A stretch of 64,000 bases of DNA. It comes from Planctomycetota bacterium. Its GTDB lineage: Bacteria; Planctomycetota; PLA2; JAEUHO01. Location of the stretch: positions 32,001 to 96,000 of the forward strand of contig CBDCWP010000013.1 of the NCBI GenBank assembly GCA_965223505.1. The letters are read 5' to 3'. Positions within the stretch are counted from its first letter, which is position 1. The number at the start of each line of letters is the position of its first letter. Positions 47,317 to 57,939 of this stretch are shown one piece after another. The notes beneath the pieces were generated by a model. The model saw only the letters and a list, made by a program, of their open reading frames with translations, had not been told where the DNA came from and did not search any database. The translations under genes were made by a program, and so were the position numbers.

Positions 47317-47518
47317 GTCGATTCCTCTCTGGGCTTGGCTCAAGTCAGTACACTCCGAACTTCACGTGCCCCTTGGTTCAGTTGTTGAAAACGCATCGGT
47401 ACAGGACATTTGCCTCGGATTTAGGGGCAAATGTCGATGTGTAAGCATGAAGGATAACTCTCAGCCTTCCTCCCGTGGCTGAACTGCTACAGGATAATGG
47501 GGAAGGGCAAGACTCCCA

Positions 47519-49843
47519 TCATCGCACGGCCTTCATTCCTTCCCACAGCCGCTGCGGGCTCAGCGGCAAGCGCGTCACCTCCACCCCCAACGGCCGCAGC
47601 GCATCGGCCACGGCGCTCGGCACAGCCGCGTAAGCGCCCACCGTACCGGCCTCACCCACGCCTTTGACGCCATTAAACGTAAACGGCGAGGGCGTCTCCA
47701 TGTGCTCGATCTTCATGGCCGGGATATCCGTGGCGTAGGGGACCAAATAATCCATGAGCGACGCGGTCAGCAACTGCCCGCCATCGTCGTAGATCAGCTC
47801 CTCAAAAATAGCGTTGCCCATACCCTGCGCCACCGCGCCCTGCACCTGCCCCTCCACCACGTCGTGATCCAGGATGGTCCCGCAATCCTCAACGATGTAA
47901 TACTGCTCGATCCGCGCCGCGCCGGTGTCGGGATCGACGCGCGCCACGGCGATGTGCGCGCCGTGGCCGAACACCTGATGCGGCGGATCAAAGGTGCGGG
48001 TGAATTCCAAGCCGGGATCAATGCCCTCGGGCAGCACGATCTCTGGGGAGCGGTTGTAGGCCACATCGACCACTTGACTCAGGGGAACCTGGCGCTCCGG
48101 GTTGTGTTTCACCCGCACCGCGCCAGCCGACAATTCCAGCTCCGCGTCGGTGTCCAAAATAAAGCGGGCGAGCTGAAAGAGTTTTTCCTTTAAATCCTGT
48201 AGGGCCAAATGCAGCGCGCCGCCGGTGCTCACCGCCGAGCGGCTCACCGTGGAGCCCGAGCCGTACGGCGTCATGGCGGTATCGCCTTGCAGGACGCGGA
48301 CGCGCTCGGCCGTGATGCCGAGTTCGGCTGCAGCCAGGTTGGCGAACACGCGCTCGTGGCCCTGGCCCGAGGAGCAGGCGCTCACTTTGACGTCGACGTT
48401 GCCGCGCGCGTCCATGCGCACCGTGGCCGCGTCAAAAGCGGGCATGCCCATGGCGCCGCGCTTGCGGTAATCCGGGGAGCCGGTGCTGGTGTGCTCGACA
48501 AAGCAGACCACGCCGATGCCGACGTACTCCCCCCTGGCGCGCGCCTCGGCCTGCATGCGGCGCAGGCCGTCGTAATCGGCCAGGCGCAAGACGCGCTCCA
48601 GGGCCTCCGGGTAATTGCCGCTGTCGTAGAGGCGGCCGGCCGGCGTGGCGTAGGGAAATTCGTGCGGCTGAATGAGGTTGCGGCGGCGCGCCTCGGCCGG
48701 GTCGAGGCCGAGACGCGCCGCGACCGTGTCCATGAGGCGCTCGATGACGAAAATGCCCTGCACCGTGCCCACGCCGCGGTATGGGCCCTGCGGGCATTTG
48801 TTGGTGAGCAGGCCATAGGACTCGCAGTCGAAATGCGCGATGCGGTACGGCCCGATCAGCGACTGCCCGGTGGTCATGGGCTCCAGTCCGGCGCCGATGG
48901 GGCCGAGGGCGTGCGCGCCTTGATCGACCAGGACTTTGGCGCGGAGGGCAGTGACGACGCCGTCGTGATTCGCCGCCGCCTTCACCTGCACTTGCTGCTC
49001 GTGCGCGTGGGCGCAGGCCAGAAGATGTTCGCGGCGGTCTTCCACCCACTTGATGGGGCATTGCAGTTGCCGCGCCAAAAACGCCAGCGCAATGGCCTCG
49101 GGATAGCCGCTGCCTTTGATGCCGAAGCTGCCGCCGATGTCGGGCGCGATGACGCGCACATCGCCTTCCGGCACGCCGAGGACGCCAGCGAAAACGGTGC
49201 GCGCCGGATGCGGCGTTTGCGTGGAGGACCAGATGGTGAAGCGGTTCCAGGCGGGTTCGTAGGCGGCGATGACGCCGCGTGTTTCAATGGGAACCGCCGT
49301 CTGTCTGGGAAAATAAAACGTCTGGTCGAGAACGATATCGGCGTCAGCCAGGGCTCGGTCGACGTCGCCCTCGCCAAAGCGCCGATAGAAGAGAATGTTA
49401 TCCGGCAGATCGGGCCGCAAGCGCGGCGCATCCGGGGCCAGACTTTGCGCCACGTCCAGCACCGCCGGCAGGGGCTCGTAGTCGACCTGAATGGCGTCGA
49501 GCATGTCCTCTGCGATATAGCGGTTTTCCGCCACCACCACGGCGACCGGTTCGCCGCTGAACGTCGCGATGTCTTTGGGCAACGGATAGCGGTTGTAACC
49601 GCGCGTAAACGTGCTCACCGCCGGCTCGCCGGGCCGCACGGCGTTGACGTGGGGCGTGAGATCATCGGGGGTGAGCACGGCGATGGCGCCGTCGAGGCGG
49701 AGGGCCGCATCGGCGTTGATGCGGACGATCCTGGCGTGGGCGTGCGGGCTGCGCACGAACGCGGCATGGCGCATGCCCGGCAGTTTGACGTCGTCTAAAA
49801 ACTGGCCCTGGCCGCGCGTCAGGCGCTCTGCGGGTGCCGCCAT
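47519..49843 (-). CDS. Xanthine dehydrogenase family molybdopterin-binding subunit (CoxL-like)
   Basis: VRSPHAHA, GGSFGIK, PYRGVG, GQGH, GQVQG...QGMG and KGVGEAG. Confidence 0.93.
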   Translation of the reverse strand: MAAPAERLTRGQGQFLDDVKLPGMRHAAFVRSPHAHARIVRINADAALRLDGAIAVLTPDDLTPHVNAVRPGEPAVSTFTRGYNRYPLPKDIATFSGEPVAVVVAENRYIAEDMLDAIQVDYEPLPAVLDVAQSLAPDAPRLRPDLPDNILFYRRFGEGDVDRALADADIVLDQTFYFPRQTAVPIETRGVIAAYEPAWNRFTIWSSTQTPHPARTVFAGVLGVPEGDVRVIAPDIGGSFGIKGSGYPEAIALAFLARQLQCPIKWVEDRREHLLACAHAHEQQVQVKAAANHDGVVTALRAKVLVDQGAHALGPIGAGLEPMTTGQSLIGPYRIAHFDCESYGLLTNKCPQGPYRGVGTVQGIFVIERLMDTVAARLGLDPAEARRRNLIQPHEFPYATPAGRLYDSGNYPEALERVLRLADYDGLRRMQAEARARGEYVGIGVVCFVEHTSTGSPDYRKRGAMGMPAFDAATVRMDARGNVDVKVSACSSGQGHERVFANLAAAELGITAERVRVLQGDTAMTPYGSGSTVSRSAVSTGGALHLALQDLKEKLFQLARFILDTDAELELSAGAVRVKHNPERQVPLSQVVDVAYNRSPEIVLPEGIDPGLEFTRTFDPPHQVFGHGAHIAVARVDPDTGAARIEQYYIVEDCGTILDHDVVEGQVQGAVAQGMGNAIFEELIYDDGGQLLTASLMDYLVPYATDIPAMKIEHMETPSPFTFNGVKGVGEAGTVGAYAAVPSAVADALRPLGVEVTRLPLSPQRLWEGMKAVR

Positions 49844-49871
49844 GATCGACTGGCCCTCCGTAAGATATGGC

Positions 49872-50291
49872 TTATTTGCCCTCAGGCGGATCGCAGGGCA
49901 CGGTGCCCATGTCCGCTGGCACGGAGACTTCGAGAATTTCCACGTCGTCCGAGGTGGCGATTTCGTTGTGGCGCATGCCGCCGGGAATAAACAGGGACTC
50001 GCCGGCCTTCATGTGAATGGTCTCGCCGGTTTCAAACTCCAGGTCGACCCAGCCCCTGAGGGCGTAGACGAATTGGCCTTCACAAACGTGGTAGTGCCAG
50101 CCCGTGGGCTCGGTCATGCCGGTGATAGCCGACATCACCTGGGCGCGCATCTGGCCGTTGGTGGCGTCGGTGACGCCGAGATCGCGGTATTTGAAAAACT
50201 CGCGCCGACCTGGCACATAGGGCGAGTTTTCCTCGGTGGCGTGACGCAGTTTCGCGGCCGACTTTTCCGCCGTGTTGACACTTGTTGCCAT
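49872..50291 (-). CDS. Cupin domain protein
   Basis: YRDLG...AT.G, TGWHYH.C..QF.Y and IPGG.RHNE. Confidence 0.88.
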   Translation of the reverse strand: MATSVNTAEKSAAKLRHATEENSPYVPGRREFFKYRDLGVTDATNGQMRAQVMSAITGMTEPTGWHYHVCEGQFVYALRGWVDLEFETGETIHMKAGESLFIPGGMRHNEIATSDDVEILEVSVPADMGTVPCDPPEGK

Positions 50292-50453
50292 GCTGACGCT
50301 CCTTCGCGTTCGGGGTGGGTCATCTTCACTTCATGCAGGCATTATCAACGGATTTTAGGGCTTTGTCCAGTCCTCGTTGTCGCCTCGCCGCGCCTGCGTT
50401 AGACTTTGGAGGCGACGCGCCGTCTCGACAGCAAAATAGGAAGGTAGGCAAGG

Positions 50454-51332
50454 ATGACCCAGGCAGGCAGTTTTAGGCGATCTTTCAGCCATGATCCAAC
50501 GCTGCTGCAGCGGCTTTTCGATCTCATTGACACCTCGTTTCCCTGGCTACGCCAGGCCGCCACGAGCGACCCCGGCCTGGGGCCGTCCTGGGAGGAACAA
50601 TCGACGCCGTTTATCCGCTTTGACGGCGACTTGGCCGTCACGCATGTGGGCTTGATGGAAATGCCGTTCGTCCTCATGGGACGCGAGGTCATGGTCGGCG
50701 CCATTCACGCCGTCTGCACGCGGCCTGACTACCGTCGGCGCGGCTATATGCGCCAGGTGATGCATGAGGTTCTCGCCTACTGCGATCGCCGCTATGAGAC
50801 TGTGATTCTGTTCACGGCGCAGCCCGAGTTGTACGAACCCTTTGGCTTTCGGACGCTCGGCGAGCATGTGTTTCACGCCCCGTGGTACGGCGCGCCCGGC
50901 GGCGATGGCTTCCGTTCGCTCAATCTGCGCGAGGCGTCTGATGTGCATCTGACGGAACGGCTCTTGGCGAATCGCGAGCCCGTGTCCAACCGGGTCGGGG
51001 TGGTGCGCGAGATCGGCATCTTCGGCTTCAACGAAGGCAGGCGGCCGCTGCGCTACGCCGAGGATTTACAGGTAATCGTGTGTTTGGAGGTCGATGGCTC
51101 GCACCTCAAATTGTTCGACGTCGTTGGCCCGCGGCTCTGCACGCTGAGCGATATCATCGAGCGCTTGCCGCAGCGCATTGACGCCATCGAGTCCTACTTT
51201 AGCCCGGATCGCTTCGACATCGCGGCCCACGCCACGCCGCACCTCGTCGACGGCGACTCCAATCTCATGGCGCGCGGCGCCTTTGCCCCTGAAGGGCTGC
51301 CGTTTATGATCCCGCGTTCGGCGCGTTGCTAA
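50454..51332 (+). CDS. GNAT family acetyltransferase
   Basis: IHAVCTRPDYRRRGY and LYEPFGF. Confidence 0.88.
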   Translation: MTQAGSFRRSFSHDPTLLQRLFDLIDTSFPWLRQAATSDPGLGPSWEEQSTPFIRFDGDLAVTHVGLMEMPFVLMGREVMVGAIHAVCTRPDYRRRGYMRQVMHEVLAYCDRRYETVILFTAQPELYEPFGFRTLGEHVFHAPWYGAPGGDGFRSLNLREASDVHLTERLLANREPVSNRVGVVREIGIFGFNEGRRPLRYAEDLQVIVCLEVDGSHLKLFDVVGPRLCTLSDIIERLPQRIDAIESYFSPDRFDIAAHATPHLVDGDSNLMARGAFAPEGLPFMIPRSARC

Positions 51333-51398
51333 GATCGCGCGGCGCGCGTATGATATAACAGACACACCAGCTCAAGAGACGGCGGGAGGAGATCGTCG

Positions 51399-51878
51399 AT
51401 GCCCATTATACTTCGTGTGGTCTTGTTCATGTTGCTCGCTTGGGGGCTGTGGCGCCTCTACCTCGCCTTCTATCCCCCCGGTCCCCGCCCCCCGCGGCCC
51501 CGGCGCTCGGTGCGTAAGCAAGCGCGCGATGAATGGCAAGATGTTCTGGAGGCGATTGACGACTTGCCCGAAGCCGATGAGCCCGGCGCCCGCGCCCAGC
51601 GCGACGAGCAGGCGCTGCCGCCCCGGCGCGACCCGGCGGAGGAGGCTGGGGTTCAGGACGGCATCGAGTCGATCATGCTGCAAGAGGCGGAGATGGCGCT
51701 GTCCGTGGTGCGAGAGGGCGATGAGAACGAGCGCCTGGCCGCCTTTCACGAGATCACCATTTACGAAAAGCTCTGCGCCATGGCGGACGGTCACGTGAGC
51801 GCGGCGACGCGGCAAAAGATCGACGATATTCACCAGCGGGCCCTGGAGATGCTTGACCCGCTGGATGACGAGGATTAG
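51399..51878 (+). CDS. Hypothetical membrane-anchored acidic protein
   Basis: SD GGGAG, N-terminal TM, Pro-rich linker and helical acidic domain. Confidence 0.6.
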   Translation: MPIILRVVLFMLLAWGLWRLYLAFYPPGPRPPRPRRSVRKQARDEWQDVLEAIDDLPEADEPGARAQRDEQALPPRRDPAEEAGVQDGIESIMLQEAEMALSVVREGDENERLAAFHEITIYEKLCAMADGHVSAATRQKIDDIHQRALEMLDPLDDED

Positions 51879-52762
51879 GGCGCCGTGACGCCGTAAGCCT
51901 TCTCCAATTCATACACATGGGGCAGGCCGAGCACGCCGGTGATCTCCTCGCGCGACGCCATGCGGCTGGGCGCGACCATGCCGGTGTCGCGCAACTCTTC
52001 ATAGGCGTCTTTGAGCGCCTTAAAGACCACGCCAATCGTCCCGCCGGTAATCATCACCTGAAAACCCATGCGCGCCGCCTCCGCCGTCGGCAGCAGCCCG
52101 CCGTTGTACAGCTTGGGCAAGTCCGGCAACGCTTTGGCGTAGGTTCTCAGATCGTCCTCGGTCTTAATGCCATCGACAAAGACCAAGTCCGCGCCCGCCT
52201 CGACATAAGCCCTACAGCGCTGAATGACGTCGTCCCAGCCGTTTACCGCCAGGGCGTCAGTGCGGGCGATGATGACGAAGTCCGGGTCTTGGCGCGCAGC
52301 GCAGGCGGCGCGAATCTTTTGCGCGTGCTCGTCAATGGGCACGACCAGTTTGCCTTCAAAAAAGCCACACTTTTTCGGGAACACTTGATCTTCGATGTGA
52401 CAGGCGGCGACGCCCGCGGCTTCGTATTCGCGCATGGTGCGCGTCACGTTGATGGCATTGCCGTAGCCGGTGTCGGCGTCGCAAATCAGCGGTAGACCCA
52501 CGGCGCTGGCGATGTAGCGGGCGTTTTGCGCCATCTCCGTGTGCGTCACCAATCCCACATCCGGGTAGCCGCGTTCGGCCGCCGTGCCGAAGCCAGTCAT
52601 GTACACGGCCTGAAAGCCGACGCTCTCGGCGATCAGGGCGTGACAGGCGTTGAGCACGAACGGGGCGGTGACCATGTCGCCGCTGCGCAGCATCTGGCGC
52701 AGCCGCGCGGTAGGGCGTTGGGTGCCGCCGTTGGGGTGCACGCCAAAGTTGTGGATCGTCAT
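51875..52762 (-). CDS. Isocitrate lyase / PEP mutase family protein
   Basis: YMTGFG, DADTGYG, IEDQVFPKKCGF, IIARTDA and AGAD.VF. Confidence 0.92.
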   Translation of the reverse strand: MTIHNFGVHPNGGTQRPTARLRQMLRSGDMVTAPFVLNACHALIAESVGFQAVYMTGFGTAAERGYPDVGLVTHTEMAQNARYIASAVGLPLICDADTGYGNAINVTRTMREYEAAGVAACHIEDQVFPKKCGFFEGKLVVPIDEHAQKIRAACAARQDPDFVIIARTDALAVNGWDDVIQRCRAYVEAGADLVFVDGIKTEDDLRTYAKALPDLPKLYNGGLLPTAEAARMGFQVMITGGTIGVVFKALKDAYEELRDTGMVAPSRMASREEITGVLGLPHVYELEKAYGVTAP

Positions 52763-52908
52763 GGCGTCAGTCTCCTCTCTTGTATCTTGCTTGTATCCTG
52801 GGGCAAAGCGTGGCATGCTCTGCCCACGATTTTCGCATTGGTTTCATCACTTCCCACACGAGAACCCAGTATGGCGCAACGGACAACGCGTGTACAGCAG
52901 GAGACGGC

Positions 52909-54495
52909 ATGGCCACACCGATGACGCCAGCGCAGGCGTCGCAGCCCACTACGCTCCTCTCCCTGGACATGCAAGCGCCTTACTATAAGTGGCTGGTGGC
53001 CGGCGTGGTGCTCATGGCCGCCATGACGCAGACGTTTGCCGGCAACAGCGTCAATCTGGCGATTCCGCGGCTGATGAGCGCCTTTGGCGCCAATCTGGCC
53101 ACGGCGCAGTGGATCGCCACCGGTTTTTTAATTACGCGCACGCTGGTGGTGCCCATTCTAGGTTGGCTTGGCGGATTTTTGGGCAATCGCAACCTGTTTG
53201 TCACCTGTCTGGTCGGCTTTGTCCTGGCCTCGATCGGCTGCGGCATGGCCGCTAATCTCCCCATGCTCATTGTCTTTCGCCTCATGCAGGGCATGATGGT
53301 CGGCCCCATGGAAGGGCTCTCCGCCGTGCTTTTGGTGCAGGCATTCCCCCCGCAGCAGCGCGGCATGGCGCTAGGACTGCGCGCCATGGGTTCTTCCTTC
53401 GGCCATATCGTGTCATTCACCTTGGGCGGCTACATCCTGGAACAAATGTCGTGGCGTTTAATTTTCTTCCTCGGCGTGCCCACCGGTATTATCGCGGCGA
53501 TTCTCGGTTTGCTCATCCTGCCGCAGCGGCGCGAATTCCAGGGCATCCCGATCGATTACACCGGCCTGTTGTGCCTGGCGGGCTTTCTCGTGCCCCTGCT
53601 GCTGGCGATTAGCTTTGGCCGCGATGGCGCAACGGCGACATCGACTCTGGTGTGGCTAGCTGTCATCGCCACAACTGGCGGTGTTTTGTTCGTGGTGTGG
53701 GAACTGGTTACCGCCTATCCCGCGGTGAATCTGCGTTTGTTCCGCATACCCGCCTTTGATCTGGTGTGCAGCACGGCGTTTCTCAACAACATCGGGCTGT
53801 TCGGATCGCAGTTCATGATCCCGATCTTTTTGCAACAGGTGATGGGCTTCACCCCGCTGCAGGCTGGACTGGTCATCGTGCCAGCGATCATCGCCTCGGG
53901 CTTGAGCGGCGTCATTACCGGGCGCTTGAGCGACGTGCTGCCGCCGAGCGCCGTGGTGCTCGGCGCGACCGCCTTGCTGGTGACCGTCTTTTACGGCTTT
54001 TCTTCTGTCAGCACCCTCACGGCGGTCGGCGTCATTATGCTCTATATTACGGGATACCGCATCTGCATGTTCGCCACCAACACGCCGCTCACCAATCTCA
54101 ACGCCCGCATCCTGGGCAGCGACCGCATCCGCATGGGACAGGGCCTCATGGGCGTGACGCGCAACATCGGCGCCGGTCTCGGCGTCACCATCACCAGCGT
54201 GGTGTTTGAGCGCCGCCGCGTCGAGCATCAACTCCAAGCCTACGATCTCTACGACCACGCGGGCCCAGGTCACGACGCGCTGTGGCGCGATCTCCAGCAC
54301 ACCCTGCATGACGCGGGCATGGCTGGCGGCGCGGATCAGGCGGCCCTGGCCGCCATCCGCCGCCAGATGGACGTAGAGGCCATCGCGGCCGGTTTTCGCG
54401 ATAGCTTCCTGTTCATTGGCCTGTGCTTTTTCCTCTCCAGCCTGCCGATGATCTTGAGCCTCGTGCGGCGAGACCACGCCATTACATCGAGCTGA
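52909..54495 (+). CDS. DHA2 family MFS transporter
   Basis: VNLAIP, GWLG..LGNR, FPPQQRG.A.G and SWRLIFF..VP.G; about 14 TM. Confidence 0.9.
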   Translation: MATPMTPAQASQPTTLLSLDMQAPYYKWLVAGVVLMAAMTQTFAGNSVNLAIPRLMSAFGANLATAQWIATGFLITRTLVVPILGWLGGFLGNRNLFVTCLVGFVLASIGCGMAANLPMLIVFRLMQGMMVGPMEGLSAVLLVQAFPPQQRGMALGLRAMGSSFGHIVSFTLGGYILEQMSWRLIFFLGVPTGIIAAILGLLILPQRREFQGIPIDYTGLLCLAGFLVPLLLAISFGRDGATATSTLVWLAVIATTGGVLFVVWELVTAYPAVNLRLFRIPAFDLVCSTAFLNNIGLFGSQFMIPIFLQQVMGFTPLQAGLVIVPAIIASGLSGVITGRLSDVLPPSAVVLGATALLVTVFYGFSSVSTLTAVGVIMLYITGYRICMFATNTPLTNLNARILGSDRIRMGQGLMGVTRNIGAGLGVTITSVVFERRRVEHQLQAYDLYDHAGPGHDALWRDLQHTLHDAGMAGGADQAALAAIRRQMDVEAIAAGFRDSFLFIGLCFFLSSLPMILSLVRRDHAITSS

Positions 54496-54600
54496 CGGGC
54501 TGATGCCTTGCGGCGCCAACTATGTCATACTCCCCGCTTGAAATCGCCGAGCGCCAAAGCGGCGCATGGGTAACATTGGCCAGCAAGGGAAGGGCGCCTC

Positions 54601-56253
54601 ATGGAAAACTACTACGATTTGGGCAACTACCACCGGACGGTATCGACCACATCCGCCGAGGCCCAGCTCTGGTTCGATCGCGGCCTGATCTGGTGTTACG
54701 GCTTTCACCACGAGGAAGCCGTCAACTGCTTCGAGCGCGCCGCCGCCATCGACCCGGCTTGCGCTATGGCCTACTGGGGCATCGCCTACGCCATTGGCCC
54801 CAATTACAATAAGCCCTGGGAAGCCTTTACCGAGATTGATCTGACGCAGTCGCTCGACCGCGCCTACAACGCCACGCAAATGGCGCTGGCCCGCCTCGAC
54901 GGCGCCTCGGCGGCCGAGCAAGCGCTGATCCGCGCCCTGACGCACCGCTACCCGGCGTCGACGCTTGGCGACAACGGCGGCGTCTGGAACGACGCCTACG
55001 CCAACGCCATGCGCGAGGCGTATCAGGCATTTCCAGACGATTTGGACGTCTGCTCGCTATACGCCGAAGCCCTGATGAACCGCACCGCCTGGGCGCTTTG
55101 GGATCTAAAGAGCGGCGAACCGGCCGACGGGGCCGACACGCTAGAGGCCGCCGAGGCGTTGGAGAAAGCGATGGCGCAAGACGGCGGCGAGGCGCATCCG
55201 GGCCTGTTGCACATGTACATCCACCTGATGGAGATGTCGCCCCACCCGGAGCGCGCCCTGCGCGCCGCCGACGCCCTGCGCGATTTGGTTCCGGATGCGG
55301 GGCATTTGCAGCACATGGCCACGCACATTGACGTGCTCTGCGGCCACTATCGGAATGTAGTCGCCTCCAACGCCCGCGCCATCGCCGCGGACCGCAAGTT
55401 TCTCGACCGCGAAGGCGCGATCAATTTCTACTCGCTGTACCGCTGCCACAACTACCATTTCAAGCTCTACGGCGCCATGTTCATCGGCCAGTACCAAACC
55501 GCCTTGCAGGCGGCGCAGGAGATGGTCGCGACCCTTCCCGATGAACTGCTGCTGGTGGAGACGCCGCCCATGGCCGACTGGCTGGAGGGCTTTGTGCCCA
55601 TGCTGCAGCACGTCCTCATACGATTTGGCAAGTGGCGAGAGATCATCGATCAACCCCTGCCGCAAAACCCCGATTTGTTCTGCGTCACCACGGCCATGAT
55701 CCACTACGCCAAGGCGATTGCCTACGCCACCACCGGCGACATCGCTGCCGCGGAGGCCGAGCAGCAGCGCTTTGACGCCGCGGTGCAGCGCGTCCCGGAC
55801 ACGCGCTATGTGTTCAACAACACCTGTCTCGATATCCTGGCGGTGGCGGGGGAGATGATGCGCGGCGAGCTGGAATATCGCAAGGGCAATTATGACGCGG
55901 CGTTTGCGCACCTGCGCCAATCGGTAGAACTCGACGACAACCTGCCCTATGACGAGCCCTGGGCCTGGATGCAGCCGACGCGCCACGCGCTGGGCGCCTT
56001 GCTGCTCGAACAGGGCCGCGTGGAGGAAGCCGAGGCGGTGTACCGGGCGGATTTGGGCCTGGATGACACGCTGAGTCGCGCCTGTCAGCACCCGGATAAT
56101 GTCTGGAGCCTGCACGGCTTTCACGAATGCCTGCTGCGGCTCGGCAAAACGGACGAGGCCCGGATGGTCAAGCTGCGCCTCGATTTGGCTGCGGCGCGCG
56201 CCGACGTCCCGATACAGGCATCATGCTATTGCCGCTTGCATCACGCCGCCTAG
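54601..56253 (+). CDS. TPR-repeat protein (conserved, function unknown)
   Basis: AQ.WFDRGL.W.YGF.HEEA, GPNYNKPW, HPG..H.YIH..E and GHL.HM..HI. Confidence 0.8.
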   Translation: MENYYDLGNYHRTVSTTSAEAQLWFDRGLIWCYGFHHEEAVNCFERAAAIDPACAMAYWGIAYAIGPNYNKPWEAFTEIDLTQSLDRAYNATQMALARLDGASAAEQALIRALTHRYPASTLGDNGGVWNDAYANAMREAYQAFPDDLDVCSLYAEALMNRTAWALWDLKSGEPADGADTLEAAEALEKAMAQDGGEAHPGLLHMYIHLMEMSPHPERALRAADALRDLVPDAGHLQHMATHIDVLCGHYRNVVASNARAIAADRKFLDREGAINFYSLYRCHNYHFKLYGAMFIGQYQTALQAAQEMVATLPDELLLVETPPMADWLEGFVPMLQHVLIRFGKWREIIDQPLPQNPDLFCVTTAMIHYAKAIAYATTGDIAAAEAEQQRFDAAVQRVPDTRYVFNNTCLDILAVAGEMMRGELEYRKGNYDAAFAHLRQSVELDDNLPYDEPWAWMQPTRHALGALLLEQGRVEEAEAVYRADLGLDDTLSRACQHPDNVWSLHGFHECLLRLGKTDEARMVKLRLDLAAARADVPIQASCYCRLHHAA

Positions 56254-56387
56254 CCACAGCGATACGCAGTAATAGACCTAATGCATTTGCGCTCGCGTTT
56301 CAAGGCGTTGTCGTGTATGGTGGTCATCCTGCAGGAACGTAAGAGGCAAAGGCATAATGATGTAATGACGTAATGAAAGGAGTCTTG

Positions 56388-57923
56388 ATGAAAAAGACAC
56401 ACCGCATGATGTTGTTGCTCGTGGCGGCGGCGCTGCTGGTAATGCCGCTCGGGGCGGCGGCGGAGCGAGGCCCTGACGAACTCGTGTTCGCCTTCCACGT
56501 GACCATCTCGCCGGCCTGGTTCGACCCGGCCAACACCCCGGCGCAAATCACGCCCTACGGCATTTTGATGACCATGCACGACGCCTTGGTGCGCCCCTAT
56601 CCGGGCGAGCGCAGCGGCCCGGCCCTGGCCGAATCCTGGACAGAGAGCGAGGACGGCCTGACCTATGAGTTCAAGTTGCGGCCCAACATTACGTTTCACA
56701 ATGGCGCGCCGGTGACGGCGACGGATGTCGAGTTCAGCTACCAGCGCTACAAAGGCTCCGGCGCCAGCGTGCTGAAGGACCGCGTGAAGCGTGTCGAGGT
56801 GGTGGATGAGCGCACCATTCGCTTTCACCTGGGTGAGCCGTGGCCGGATTTCATGACGTTTTACGGCACCACTGCGACGTCCGCTGGTTTTGTCGTGCCC
56901 AAGGCCTATGTGGAGGAAGTGGGCGAAGACGGCTTCAAAGCGCATCCGATTGGGGCTGGCCCCTTCAAGTTCGTGAGCCACACGCCCGGCGTCGAGCTGG
57001 TGCTGGAAGCATTTGAGGGGCACTGGCGAAAAGTGTCCAACATCAAAAAGCTGACCATTAAAAGCGTGCCGGACGGCGACACGCGGCTGGCGATGCTGAA
57101 AAAGGGCGAGACCGATTACGCCATCGCGCTCTCCGGTTTAGTGGCGGAGGAAGTGAAGCGCGATCCGGAGCTGCAGCTCGTGGAGACGCGGCACGCCTCG
57201 ATTTTTTGGATTGAATTTCCCGAGCAGTGGGATAAAGACTCGGTGTGGTCCGACCTGCGCGTGCGCCAGGCGGTGAACCACGCCCTCGACCGCGAGGCCA
57301 TTAACGATGCGGCCTGCCTGGGCTTTTGCCCGCCGGCCGGGGTCATCGTGCCGCGGGTGATGGATTACGCCCTACAGACCGAGCCCGTCGCCTACGACCC
57401 GGAAAAAGCGAAAAAATTGCTGGCCGAGGCGGGCTATCCCAAGGGCTTTGACGCCGGGGAATTGGTGCCCATCCCGCCCTTTTTTGTCGTTGGCGAGGCG
57501 GTGGTCAATTACCTCAACGCCGTGGGCATTCGGGTGAAAATGCGCACCATGGAGCGCGCGGCCTTCTACGCCGCCTGGCGGGAGAAAAAGCTCAAGGGAC
57601 TATTCGTCACCGGCGCCGGCGCCTCGGGCAATGCGGCGACGCGCGTGGAGGCGTTCATCTATTCCAAAGGCGCGTATCCGACGGGCGGCTATGACGACAT
57701 TGATGAGTTGTTCTTGAAGCAGGCGCAAGAACGCGATAAAGCCAAGCGCGAAGCCATGTTGCACGAGATTCAGCAGCTCAGCAAAGACCGGGCAATGTTT
57801 GCGCCCATCATGGACCTGCGGGCGCTGATCGGCGTTGGGCCGCGCGTCGTCGAGCACCAAATTCACTCGACCCCGCTGCACCCGTTTCCCGCCTATGAGG
57901 ACATCGTGCTCAAGGGCCAGTAG
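56388..57923 (+). CDS. ABC transporter substrate-binding protein, family 5
   Basis: PALAESW..SEDGL.YEFKLR....FHNG, PIGAGPFK and RVRQA.NHA.DR. Confidence 0.93.
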   Translation: MKKTHRMMLLLVAAALLVMPLGAAAERGPDELVFAFHVTISPAWFDPANTPAQITPYGILMTMHDALVRPYPGERSGPALAESWTESEDGLTYEFKLRPNITFHNGAPVTATDVEFSYQRYKGSGASVLKDRVKRVEVVDERTIRFHLGEPWPDFMTFYGTTATSAGFVVPKAYVEEVGEDGFKAHPIGAGPFKFVSHTPGVELVLEAFEGHWRKVSNIKKLTIKSVPDGDTRLAMLKKGETDYAIALSGLVAEEVKRDPELQLVETRHASIFWIEFPEQWDKDSVWSDLRVRQAVNHALDREAINDAACLGFCPPAGVIVPRVMDYALQTEPVAYDPEKAKKLLAEAGYPKGFDAGELVPIPPFFVVGEAVVNYLNAVGIRVKMRTMERAAFYAAWREKKLKGLFVTGAGASGNAATRVEAFIYSKGAYPTGGYDDIDELFLKQAQERDKAKREAMLHEIQQLSKDRAMFAPIMDLRALIGVGPRVVEHQIHSTPLHPFPAYEDIVLKGQ

Positions 57924-57939
57924 ACGTTCGTGTAGGCCG

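Noticed and set aside
47519..49843. Aerobic CO dehydrogenase (form I CoxL)
   Set aside because: It lacks AYxCSFR and neighbouring coxS/coxM.
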